64,000 nucleotides of DNA from an uncultured Pelagibacteraceae bacterium. GTDB taxonomy: Bacteria; Pseudomonadota; Alphaproteobacteria; Pelagibacterales; Pelagibacteraceae. The position numbers and the translations under genes are program-made. The notes beneath the pieces are model-generated. The model did no database searches and had not been told where the DNA came from. It worked only from the letters and a program-made list of their open reading frames with translations. Below, one piece after another: positions 1-7,978 of the stretch. Location of the stretch: NCBI GenBank assembly GCA_902590465.1, contig CACIWX010000002.1, forward strand, positions 20,489 through 84,488, read 5' to 3'. The number at the start of each line of letters is the position of its first letter. Position 1 is the first letter of the stretch.

Positions 1-386
1 TTTTTTATAGATAAGTTGGCTGCTTGCCTGCTTTGTCTTAAAATCGATACCTCATTTATTGCTATACTTTTTTTTGATTTATTTTTTGTTTTAACTGACA
101 TTTCAAGTGGGGAAATATTAACAGTTTTAGCTTTAGATAAATTTTTTACGATTAATTTATTGGAAAACTTATTCATTAGAAATCCATAATTACCTGAATT
201 AATTCCATAAAATGATTTTTTTGAATTTTTATTTTTCTTAAGAGTTTCAAGCATAAAACCGTCACCCCCAACAACTATTATTACATTAGATCTTCTAGTC
301 TTTTCTTTACTGAATACTTTAACAATTTGTTTTTTTATCTTTAAAGACCTAGAGTTAGTATCTGAAATTATTAATGGTTTGTTCAT
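1..386 (-). CDS. nadK: NAD kinase (5' part; runs off window start)
   Basis: Manual translation from ATG at 386: MNKPLIISD...IIVVGGDGFML...YGINSGNYGFLMN...AINEVSI, with the GGDG, GxxGFL and NE motifs of NAD kinases. Confidence 0.88.
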   Translation of the reverse strand, partial: MNKPLIISDTNSRSLKIKKQIVKVFSKEKTRRSNVIIVVGGDGFMLETLKKNKNSKKSFYGINSGNYGFLMNKFSNKLIVKNLSKAKTVNISPLEMSVKTKNKSKKSIAINEVSILRQSRQAANLSIK

Positions 387-394
387 CTTTTAAG

Positions 395-480
395 TGGTGC
401 CCTCGGCCAGACTCGAACTGGCACTCCCAAAAGGGCAAGGATTTTAAGTCCTTTGTGTCTACCAATTTCACCACGAGGGC
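395..480 (-). tRNA. tRNA-Leu(TAA), encoded CCA
   Basis: Reverse complement GCCCTCGTGGTGAAATTGGTAGACACAAAGGACTTAAAATCCTT...GTTCGAGTCTGGCCGAGGGCACCA: acceptor stem, D-loop GG, anticodon TAA, long variable arm, TTCGA loop. Confidence 0.97.
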
Positions 481-599
481 ACGTCGTTGTTTTTGTTGTT
501 ATTGTTAATATATTAATACACAAGAGTTTTAAATAAGTAAAAAAAATTTATTTTCTGTCTCTATCTCCTAGTTTGCACCTAGTCTTCCCATATTTTATA
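441..599. repeat. Direct repeat copy A: tRNA-Leu 5' half plus upstream arm (att-like)
   Basis: Ungapped match to 5377-5535; 159 nt with 10 mismatches by manual count, first 54 nt identical. Confidence 0.95.
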
Positions 600-608
600 G
601 GATAAGAA

Positions 609-3600
609 TTAAAGAGATTTACTGTCTTTAACTCTGTCTTTTCTAAAAGTACGATTTTCATTAGTTTGATAATCATAAGTGTGTATGAATTTATTATCGA
701 TCGACCTAATTTTAACTTTTCTTTGACTTGCCCAGCCTGAGGCATTCACGTAAGAAATATTATACTCACTACCCTCTTTCCATTTAAACTTAACATCTTT
801 AGATTTGAATTCTTTCTTAGACACATTTTTTTTTCTAGATTTTTTACTAAATCCACCTTTACAGCTAACACAAACTATACCCATTCCTGATCTCAGATTT
901 GGATCTTTAAAATCTTTTATCGGTTTATATTCTTTACATTTATCACAATGTTTTGTTTGTCCTTCTCTAGTTTTTTTTATTGTCTCTTCTATTAAATCAG
1001 CAACATCTTTTTTGTGTTGAGATATATTCAAATTAGATTTTTTCGAAAATGTTTGTTTTAATTGTTTATCGAGATATTTTATTGGGTTTTCTTTAATTAC
1101 AAATTTATTAAGCCTAATAAATATTACACCGTAAGATTCTAATATTTTTTGTCTTTCCTCATGATCAACAGTATAATAATCCTCGTAATTAGTGTCTGTA
1201 ACTAAATCTTTGTTATCAAAGTGTTCCTTCAAGCCGTCATACTCTATTACAACTTTTTTCTCATCATTATTTTCATCTTTGTAAATAACTAAAAAGTCCA
1301 CAACAAATTTTGGATGATGATAGTCTGGATATATTTGTTTAAAATAGTCTCCAATAGGAAATTGACTTTTTAATTCAACTTTGTTTTTATTCTCGAGATA
1401 AAAAGGTGTTTGTTTAAACCATTGTAATACTTCCTTTTCCATTGGAGATTTAGGATCTAAATCTTTATTTTTTGGAAGTTTTTCCTCACTTGCCCATATA
1501 TTATTAATAAATCTTAATGCATTTCCTATTTCATTTTTGAATTCTTCAACTGATTTGCTCATAATAAAATACATTTTTTCTTGTACACGACTTAACCCTA
1601 CATTTAGTCTTTGAGCTTTTTTATCACCATATTCCTCCAAATCTTTATTTGCTAAATCAACTGGGAAAATCCAATTAAGTTTATCTTTGTTTTTAGTTGC
1701 AACCATAGAGTAAAATACGATCTGTCTCTCCTCTCCTTGACAAGTATCAAAGGTCATTATTTTTAACTTTAATTCTTCTTCGAAGTAGTCTTTATCCTTA
1801 TGTTTTTGTATTAAAGATGTAATTAATCTTTGTTGATCGGTAAAAGGAGTAATTATCCCTACTGATACTGACGTTTTATCAGATTTTATTTTCTCTAATT
1901 GTTTGATGATGTGTTCTGCTTCTTTTTTATTTGAATTATTGATTTCATCTTTTATTTCATATTTTAAATTTTCAAAATGAATTACTTCTTTAATTGGTTT
2001 TGTTCTCAACCTAATTGCCTGTAAATCATTATTATAAAAAGTTTTACTGCAGTAAGCGATATGCTCAGGGTAACCTCTAAAATGTTTTTTAAGTCTAGCT
2101 TCATAATTTGAAATTCTTTGAAAGAAATCAAGGATAGAAGTTTTAACATTAAAACTAGCAAGTCTTTCTAACTGGATAGCATCTTTTGAAATATTTTCTC
2201 TAAAAACTTTTCGTAATTTATTTTGATAAGTATTATTAATAATTGATGTAGCCTGGTAGGATTGTAAATTACTAAATTGTTTTTTATCTCCTAAAACTAA
2301 AATCTTTTTTGCTCTAATTATTGCCGGAAAAGCTTGAGCTATACTTACTTGAGAGGCTTCATCAATAATAATTAAATCAAACATTCCCATATCTAGATCT
2401 ATATACTCAGAAAAATCTCTAACACTTGAAATTATGCATGGAAAAGCATTTTTTAATTTTTGAAATTGGTCTTTTGGAAACTTTTGTTTGGCTCTTATAA
2501 TTTTACTAAGACTTCGAGCTGTATTTTTATTGTTATCGTAAAATTGGATAATTCCTCCGTCAATAACATCTGTCATCTTTGTAGTATGTAATGATTGAAG
2601 TTTTTTCATCAAAGTGGCGTAATCAAAATTTTCTGAATGATCAAAAATTCCTGTAAAGAATCCTTCTAAATTATAATATTTTTTAATTAATTCTTTTTTT
2701 TCTTTATCGAACGTTGCAAATTTATTTTCAAAAATAGAGTTTATTTTTTTTATATTTATTCCTAAATCTCTACATAATTTTTTATCGTTATTTAAAACAT
2801 TTATTGAATGTCTGAATTTATTAACTAGTTTAATATCTTGCTGAAGTTCAGAGTAACTCTCATATTTTTTTATTATTTTTACTGTTTTGTCAAAATTAAG
2901 TTTTTTATTACTAGTAAAGTCTTTGAACTGAGATAAATAATCATTGTATGAGGTCAATTTTTCATAATCCACTTTGAGATTAATATCTTTTTTAATTTTT
3001 AACTTTCTTTTAATCTGATCACTTAACTCGATTATTTTTCCAGACTTAAAAACACCTCCAAAAATACCTGCGGTCTCCTGACTATATTCCTCGAGTTTCT
3101 TATATAGGTAAGTAATATTATTGGTTGAAATATTTCCAAAATAATAAAATGTTTTAAAAGAATTTTTATCCTGTGAAGCAAATGTATCAATTAAGGAGAG
3201 TAAATTAAAAAAATCTGAAAGGTTTTCTACAGTTGCATTGCTATAAGAATCTTTTACTTTCTCAACTAATATTTCTAAGTCTGCAATTTCATTAAGATTA
3301 TCTATAAAATTTTCAAAATTAAATTCGTCTTTATTGATAGAATTTTCAGCAATATAATTCTTTATAGTATCAGCATTGATTGCCAAATCTTCTTTACTAC
3401 AAGTTTTTGAAATTTCCTCGAACTCCTCAAATTTTTCCTTATCTATACTTTTATAGTGATCAGATAATATTTGTAATCTATCATTAACAACGTCTGAAAT
3501 TTGTTTAATATTTTCATTAGTTTTTTCTGAGTGTGATCTCTGGGCTCTATGAAAATCTCTAAGATTATCAATTGAAGATTTTGCGAGTATTTTATTGTAA

Positions 3601-5207
3601 GTATTTCCCATCTTTCCTAATCTAAGAATAGGATTTTGTACGTTATGACTCCTTCTAACCTGATTAAGTGTTTGGTCTATTTTATTTTCAACAACATCCA
3701 AAGCTTCACGAGTATCAGACAAAATTAAAATAGACTTATTTTTTAAAATATAATCAAATGCTATTGCAGATATTGTATGAGACTTACCAGTTCCTGGTGG
3801 TCCTTCGACTGTCACATATTTACATTGATCATGTTTTAGCGATCTAATTATTTTTTGTTGTTCCGGATTGAGAGGTATTGGGCTTTCATAATTTAATCTT
3901 TCCGTGATATCTAGTCCCTCCCATTTATCTTCTACCTCTTGATTTATTACTTCAGGCTCTTTCAGTAAAAAATCAGTTATTAATTGCTTAAACATCTCAG
4001 CAATATCACTGTCACCTTGAAGTAATTTTTCTAATATATTTTCATAGTCATTTATTAGTGACTCGTCTGACTTGTCAAAAACACAAAAAGAGCAGTTATT
4101 GGAGAGAACAAAATAAATATTTTTTGATATTTGTTTTTTTGAATTAGAGAGATCAATATTCCCCTCAGTTCTTAATTTTGAAATTAACGAGACGTATATA
4201 TCATTAAATTTTGGTAATAATGTATTGTCCTCACTTACAAATAGTTTTCTTTCCTCATCAAATTTTTCTACTTTCTTATCTTCTTTTAATAAAGTTTGAA
4301 AAGCGAAATCAATTGCACGTTTATTTACAAAGAATTCATTTGAAAAAGAAACTTTAAATAAACTTTCAGTAGAATATTCTTTGACGTTTATTTGCGAGTA
4401 AAAAAGTGGAAACCTTCTTTTTTCAATTTCAATTTCCCCAAAATACAAATATATTTCTTTTTTATCTAAGTTTTTAAAAGAATTTACTATCTCTTGTAAA
4501 TCATAATACAAGTCTTTTACCTCAAAATTTAAAAATAAATCTAGCAATCTAGAACTGATATCTTTTTTATTAAATAATTCCGTAGTCTGCTCTTTAGGTT
4601 TATATTTTTTATCTGCCAATATATTGTTGAATATTAATGGTATTCCTTCAGATAATGGATCTAGCACAAGATCTGTTAATTTTTCTTCTAAGGTGTATAA
4701 AGACTCAATTTCAAAATTACTTTGACTACCGATTAATGGTTCCATTTTTTCAGTAATCGGTTTTATAATGATATCTGTTATATCTTTTTTTATAATTTCG
4801 TTTATTTTATCATATGCTTCGTCAGGTCTATTTCTATGACTAGATGCAAACTCTTTAATAGTTTTAACAGAAAGCAAAACTATTCTCTCTACATCTTTAT
4901 CTTTAATTTGTTTTATTAGCTTTTTAACAAGATCAACTGAGGTATCATTTAATTTTACACTGTAAGAACCTTTTTTTATTGAAATATCATTTTGAAAACC
5001 ATTTTGTTTTGTCAAAAGTTTTCTTATGTATTCATTAAATTTTTCATATTTGGATAAATTAATACCAACTTTAAAATTTTTTTCGTTTGTGTACTTGATT
5101 GATCTCTTGGGAAATCTTTGGGATTTAAATCCATTCTGTAAAAAGTGCATGTAGTATTTACAAAGCTCTTCTACAAAATTATTTCTACCTGCCTTTGTTG
5201 CCATCAT
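609..5207 (-). CDS. SF1 (UPF1/DNA2-like) helicase fused to Vsr/DUF559-like nuclease, Zn finger and C-terminal WYL-like domain; putative anti-phage protein
   Basis: GPPGTGKS (~aa469), IIDEASQ (~aa949), GDKKQ, HFR, TFDTCQGEE, RLNVGLSR; SPMEKEV..QFPIG..VDFLV..VIEYDG..H..R..LESYG..FIRL; CDKC/CVSC; ISYVNASG..SQRKV..ENRTFRKDRV. Confidence 0.85.
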   Translation of the reverse strand: MMATKAGRNNFVEELCKYYMHFLQNGFKSQRFPKRSIKYTNEKNFKVGINLSKYEKFNEYIRKLLTKQNGFQNDISIKKGSYSVKLNDTSVDLVKKLIKQIKDKDVERIVLLSVKTIKEFASSHRNRPDEAYDKINEIIKKDITDIIIKPITEKMEPLIGSQSNFEIESLYTLEEKLTDLVLDPLSEGIPLIFNNILADKKYKPKEQTTELFNKKDISSRLLDLFLNFEVKDLYYDLQEIVNSFKNLDKKEIYLYFGEIEIEKRRFPLFYSQINVKEYSTESLFKVSFSNEFFVNKRAIDFAFQTLLKEDKKVEKFDEERKLFVSEDNTLLPKFNDIYVSLISKLRTEGNIDLSNSKKQISKNIYFVLSNNCSFCVFDKSDESLINDYENILEKLLQGDSDIAEMFKQLITDFLLKEPEVINQEVEDKWEGLDITERLNYESPIPLNPEQQKIIRSLKHDQCKYVTVEGPPGTGKSHTISAIAFDYILKNKSILILSDTREALDVVENKIDQTLNQVRRSHNVQNPILRLGKMGNTYNKILAKSSIDNLRDFHRAQRSHSEKTNENIKQISDVVNDRLQILSDHYKSIDKEKFEEFEEISKTCSKEDLAINADTIKNYIAENSINKDEFNFENFIDNLNEIADLEILVEKVKDSYSNATVENLSDFFNLLSLIDTFASQDKNSFKTFYYFGNISTNNITYLYKKLEEYSQETAGIFGGVFKSGKIIELSDQIKRKLKIKKDINLKVDYEKLTSYNDYLSQFKDFTSNKKLNFDKTVKIIKKYESYSELQQDIKLVNKFRHSINVLNNDKKLCRDLGINIKKINSIFENKFATFDKEKKELIKKYYNLEGFFTGIFDHSENFDYATLMKKLQSLHTTKMTDVIDGGIIQFYDNNKNTARSLSKIIRAKQKFPKDQFQKLKNAFPCIISSVRDFSEYIDLDMGMFDLIIIDEASQVSIAQAFPAIIRAKKILVLGDKKQFSNLQSYQATSIINNTYQNKLRKVFRENISKDAIQLERLASFNVKTSILDFFQRISNYEARLKKHFRGYPEHIAYCSKTFYNNDLQAIRLRTKPIKEVIHFENLKYEIKDEINNSNKKEAEHIIKQLEKIKSDKTSVSVGIITPFTDQQRLITSLIQKHKDKDYFEEELKLKIMTFDTCQGEERQIVFYSMVATKNKDKLNWIFPVDLANKDLEEYGDKKAQRLNVGLSRVQEKMYFIMSKSVEEFKNEIGNALRFINNIWASEEKLPKNKDLDPKSPMEKEVLQWFKQTPFYLENKNKVELKSQFPIGDYFKQIYPDYHHPKFVVDFLVIYKDENNDEKKVVIEYDGLKEHFDNKDLVTDTNYEDYYTVDHEERQKILESYGVIFIRLNKFVIKENPIKYLDKQLKQTFSKKSNLNISQHKKDVADLIEETIKKTREGQTKHCDKCKEYKPIKDFKDPNLRSGMGIVCVSCKGGFSKKSRKKNVSKKEFKSKDVKFKWKEGSEYNISYVNASGWASQRKVKIRSIDNKFIHTYDYQTNENRTFRKDRVKDSKSL

Positions 5208-5220
5208 TTAATCTACCAAA

Positions 5221-5358
5221 TTCTAGGTTCATCTCCTAGTCTGCGCACTAGTTTGCACAAACAAATTTGCCTTGATTTTAAATACTAATTGATGGGATAA
5301 ATAAAAAAGTTAGGATTGATAATGTTTTGAGACTAACTGAGACTAACAGAGACAATAA
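5221..5358. repeat. Arm-like region: three CTAG(T/G) motifs plus 3 x 10-bp GAGACTAAC-type tandem repeat
   Basis: CTAG at 5223, 5236, 5248; gagactaact-gagactaaca-gagacaataa at 5329-5358. Confidence 0.8.
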
Positions 5359-5376
5359 GAAATGTGAATCCCTGGT

Positions 5377-5535
5377 ATTTTAAGTCCTTTGTGTCTACCA
5401 ATTTCACCACGAGGGCACGTCGTTGTTTTTATTGTTATTGTTAATATATTAATACACAAGTGTTTTAAATAAGTAAAAATAATTTATTTTACGTCTCTAT
5501 CTTCTAGTTGTCTTCTAGTCTTCCCATATTTTATA
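5377..5535. repeat. Direct repeat copy B: truncated tRNA-Leu (5' 40 nt, 5377-5416) plus upstream arm
   Basis: Matches 441-599; tRNA similarity stops just after the anticodon loop. Confidence 0.95.
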
Positions 5536-5569
5536 TGACAATAAATGAGTTTTTTTCTGTCCGCGGCAA

Positions 5570-5856
5570 CTGGCAACAGAACGCACCTTGCACTACAATT
5601 AAGAATGATAAATAATCAAGCATGATTGATTTTAAAAAAAATCCTAAATTAGCATTATTCACTTATGGAATATTATTATGTTCTGCTCTGATAGAAATAG
5701 GTGCAGAACTTGGACTCCATGAATTTGATGATTTTGCTTCACATCACGGCTTAGCAATTTTTTCTATCGGAAGTTTAATTGCTAATTGGGAAAAAATTTC
5801 TCAAATATTAATTAAAGGTAAAAAAAAGAAATATTAAGCACCTGGCAACAGAACGC
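5570..5856. repeat. 15-bp perfect direct repeat CTGGCAACAGAACGC flanking a small gene
   Basis: Copies at 5570-5584 and 5842-5856. Confidence 0.85.
5622..5837 (+). CDS. Small membrane protein (2 hydrophobic segments), unknown function
   Basis: 71-aa ORF, two hydrophobic stretches, His-containing loop (LHE..SHHG), basic tail. Confidence 0.65.
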   Translation: MIDFKKNPKLALFTYGILLCSALIEIGAELGLHEFDDFASHHGLAIFSIGSLIANWEKISQILIKGKKKKY

Positions 5857-6016
5857 TACTACTTAATTTAATATTTAAAAATATAATCCTCTTTAATAAA
5901 AGATTAAATATTTTGTAATATAGGCTTAATAATTAGATGTTCTGATTACTTATGTCTAAACTAAAAAAAATATTAAAAAAGATTTATTATTTTATCTTCC
6001 CTAAGGAGCTTAAATA

Positions 6017-6064
6017 ATGTGGCCATACAACGATAAAGAAAATGAGTTTATCTCATTGAATTGA
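6017..6064 (+). CDS. Putative 15-aa micro-peptide MWPYNDKENEFISLN
   Basis: AAGGAG SD at 6003-6008; TAATG overlap with a preceding 21-aa ORF (5952-6017). Confidence 0.35.
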   Translation: MWPYNDKENEFISLN

Positions 6065-6089
6065 ACTGTTTTAGAGAATATTATTTTCA

Positions 6090-6710
6090 TTATTTTATGA
6101 TATTTTCAATAATATAATTTGATTTAGCATCATTCATTCTTATATTTTTAAATGTGTAAAAATATTTTTTTTTTTTTATTTTTTTTATTTTGGAAATAAA
6201 TAAAAATTGAGTATGAAAAACAAGGAAATTAATATGATTTTTATTTAGTTTTTGGTTAATTTTACCATTTTTTCGATGACTATGTAATATTAAACCAAGT
6301 TTAAAATCTTTTGTGATGCCTCTAATCTTGACTAGATTGCTTTCTTTAAAAGAAATAAAATAAACATTCTTCTTAAAACCATTACATGTTTCAAGCAATC
6401 GATTTAAAGTATTTTTCCTAAGCAGAGGCTTAATCTCAACTAACACTTTTGTATTTACAGTTAAAATTTTTAAAAGATCACATAGTTTTGTTATCTTGTA
6501 TTTTTTTAAATTCTTATCAAGAATTGTTCTAGTTTTTTTTCTGATATTGAATAACCTTCTTAAGCTATAATCATGAAAGCAAATGGGTGTATTATTTTGG
6601 GTAAAGTGAATATCAGTCTCAATATTAAACTTTTTTTTTATACACTCTTTAAATGAAGTAATATGATTTTCTCTAAAGTTTTTTTCAATTAATCCTCTGT
6701 GTATAAACAT
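6090..6710 (-). CDS. Glycerophosphodiester phosphodiesterase family protein
   Basis: HRG..EN..F, ETDIH, CFHD..L.R, VEIK, FISF motifs. Confidence 0.8.
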   Translation of the reverse strand: MFIHRGLIEKNFRENHITSFKECIKKKFNIETDIHFTQNNTPICFHDYSLRRLFNIRKKTRTILDKNLKKYKITKLCDLLKILTVNTKVLVEIKPLLRKNTLNRLLETCNGFKKNVYFISFKESNLVKIRGITKDFKLGLILHSHRKNGKINQKLNKNHINFLVFHTQFLFISKIKKIKKKKYFYTFKNIRMNDAKSNYIIENIIK

Positions 6711-7924
6711 TATTTTAATCCCTTGGTTCTATGCAATATGATCCATCCAAAAAAGAGCAGTAAAAGAACTGAGGCAAAACCTATCCTTTGATTTTCAGTT
6801 ATGAAAGTAATGGTTCCTACTAAAAATGGGCCAAAAAAAGACGTTAGCTTTCCAGAAGTAGCAAATAAACCAAAGGCTTTATTCTGATCCTCAATTTTTG
6901 TTAATTTAGTTATCATGACCCTACTAGCTGATTGTATTGGTCCTATAAATAATCCCAAGAAAAATGAAAAAATAAAAAAACTAATTTTTGACTGTGTAAA
7001 AATGATTAAAATGGAGAAGAAAATAAGACATATCAAGGAAAAGGAAATTGTTTTTTTTGAATTATATTTATCATTGAAATATCCACCAAAACTAGCACCT
7101 ATTAAAGCAGCAACATTCATTAAAACAGACATCATTAAAAGTTCATTTATTGATAGTTTAAATACCCCAACAGCAAAAATACCTCCCATGACAAAAATGG
7201 TATTTAAACCATCAGCATAAAGTAGCCGTGCAAACAAAAAACGAGTTGTGTTAGTTAGACCATTATTCCAAAGAATCTTTTTTAAACTATTTGATTTTTT
7301 TTTGTTTGGTTCAACTTTTTTATATTTTGTTTGACTTAATAGTGGATAGGAAAAAATGAGAAACCAAAGGGCTACAAAAATGGCAGTGGATCTAAAATTA
7401 ATTTTTTGATCTAAATCGATTAAATAATTTGATTGAATTAATAAAATAATGGTCAAAATAAGTGTGATAATGCCACCTAAATACCCCAGCGCAAAAGCAA
7501 AACCAGACACCTTTCCCACATGTTGTTTATCCGCTGAATGAATTAATAATGAATTATAGAAAATAGAACTTAGTTCATAAAAATAGTTTGCCAAACAAAC
7601 TATGATTAAGGTAAATAAAATATATTCAGTAGATGGTTTTGCAAACCATAATGCTGCTGTAAAAAATATACATAAATAGGTGCTTGATTTTAAGATAATT
7701 GAGTTTAAATTCTTCTTATCAGCTAAATTTCCTAAAAAGGGTCCGCTTAATGCAATGCATAGTCCTGATACTGAAATGGCCCAACCCCAATATGCCTGGC
7801 CATTAACCATATCTTGAACAATTGACTCCGCAAAATAATTTGAGAAAACAAAAGTTATAATAACTGTTGTAAAGGCAGAATTAGCAAAATCATAAAGAGA
7901 AAATTTATAAGATTTTAAATTCAT
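6710..7924 (-). CDS. MFS transporter (UMF1/ATG22-like)
   Basis: LYDFANSAFTT, FYNSLL, SGFAFALGYLGG, QSASR motifs; about 12 TM segments. Confidence 0.85.
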   Translation of the reverse strand: MNLKSYKFSLYDFANSAFTTVIITFVFSNYFAESIVQDMVNGQAYWGWAISVSGLCIALSGPFLGNLADKKNLNSIILKSSTYLCIFFTAALWFAKPSTEYILFTLIIVCLANYFYELSSIFYNSLLIHSADKQHVGKVSGFAFALGYLGGIITLILTIILLIQSNYLIDLDQKINFRSTAIFVALWFLIFSYPLLSQTKYKKVEPNKKKSNSLKKILWNNGLTNTTRFLFARLLYADGLNTIFVMGGIFAVGVFKLSINELLMMSVLMNVAALIGASFGGYFNDKYNSKKTISFSLICLIFFSILIIFTQSKISFFIFSFFLGLFIGPIQSASRVMITKLTKIEDQNKAFGLFATSGKLTSFFGPFLVGTITFITENQRIGFASVLLLLFFGWIILHRTKGLK

Positions 7925-7938
7925 GCTAATTTAATATC

Positions 7939-7977
7939 TTATAAATCCAGAACCACGATTGCTAAAAGTTTTTTCAT
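7939..7977 (-). pseudogene. Orphan signal-peptide stub MKKLLAIVVLDL*
   Basis: 7949-7979 matches 10200-10230 (start of the 396-aa gene) at 30/31 nt. Confidence 0.7.
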
Positions 7978-7978
7978 T

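Larger units (their letters stand above)
441..5416. mobile_element. Integrase-less tRNA-Leu-integrated element (repeat period 4,936 bp) carrying one gene
   Basis: Bounded by duplicated tRNA 5' half ending at the anticodon loop; arm-like repeats inside both ends; no recombinase ORF. Confidence 0.75.

Noticed and set aside
548-1020. ORFs 548-745(-) and 805-1020(+)
   Set aside because: Alternative-frame or antisense shadows of the helicase gene with no motifs
5377-5416. Second functional tRNA-Leu
   Set aside because: Only the 5' 40 nt are present; no variable arm, T arm or 3' acceptor strand
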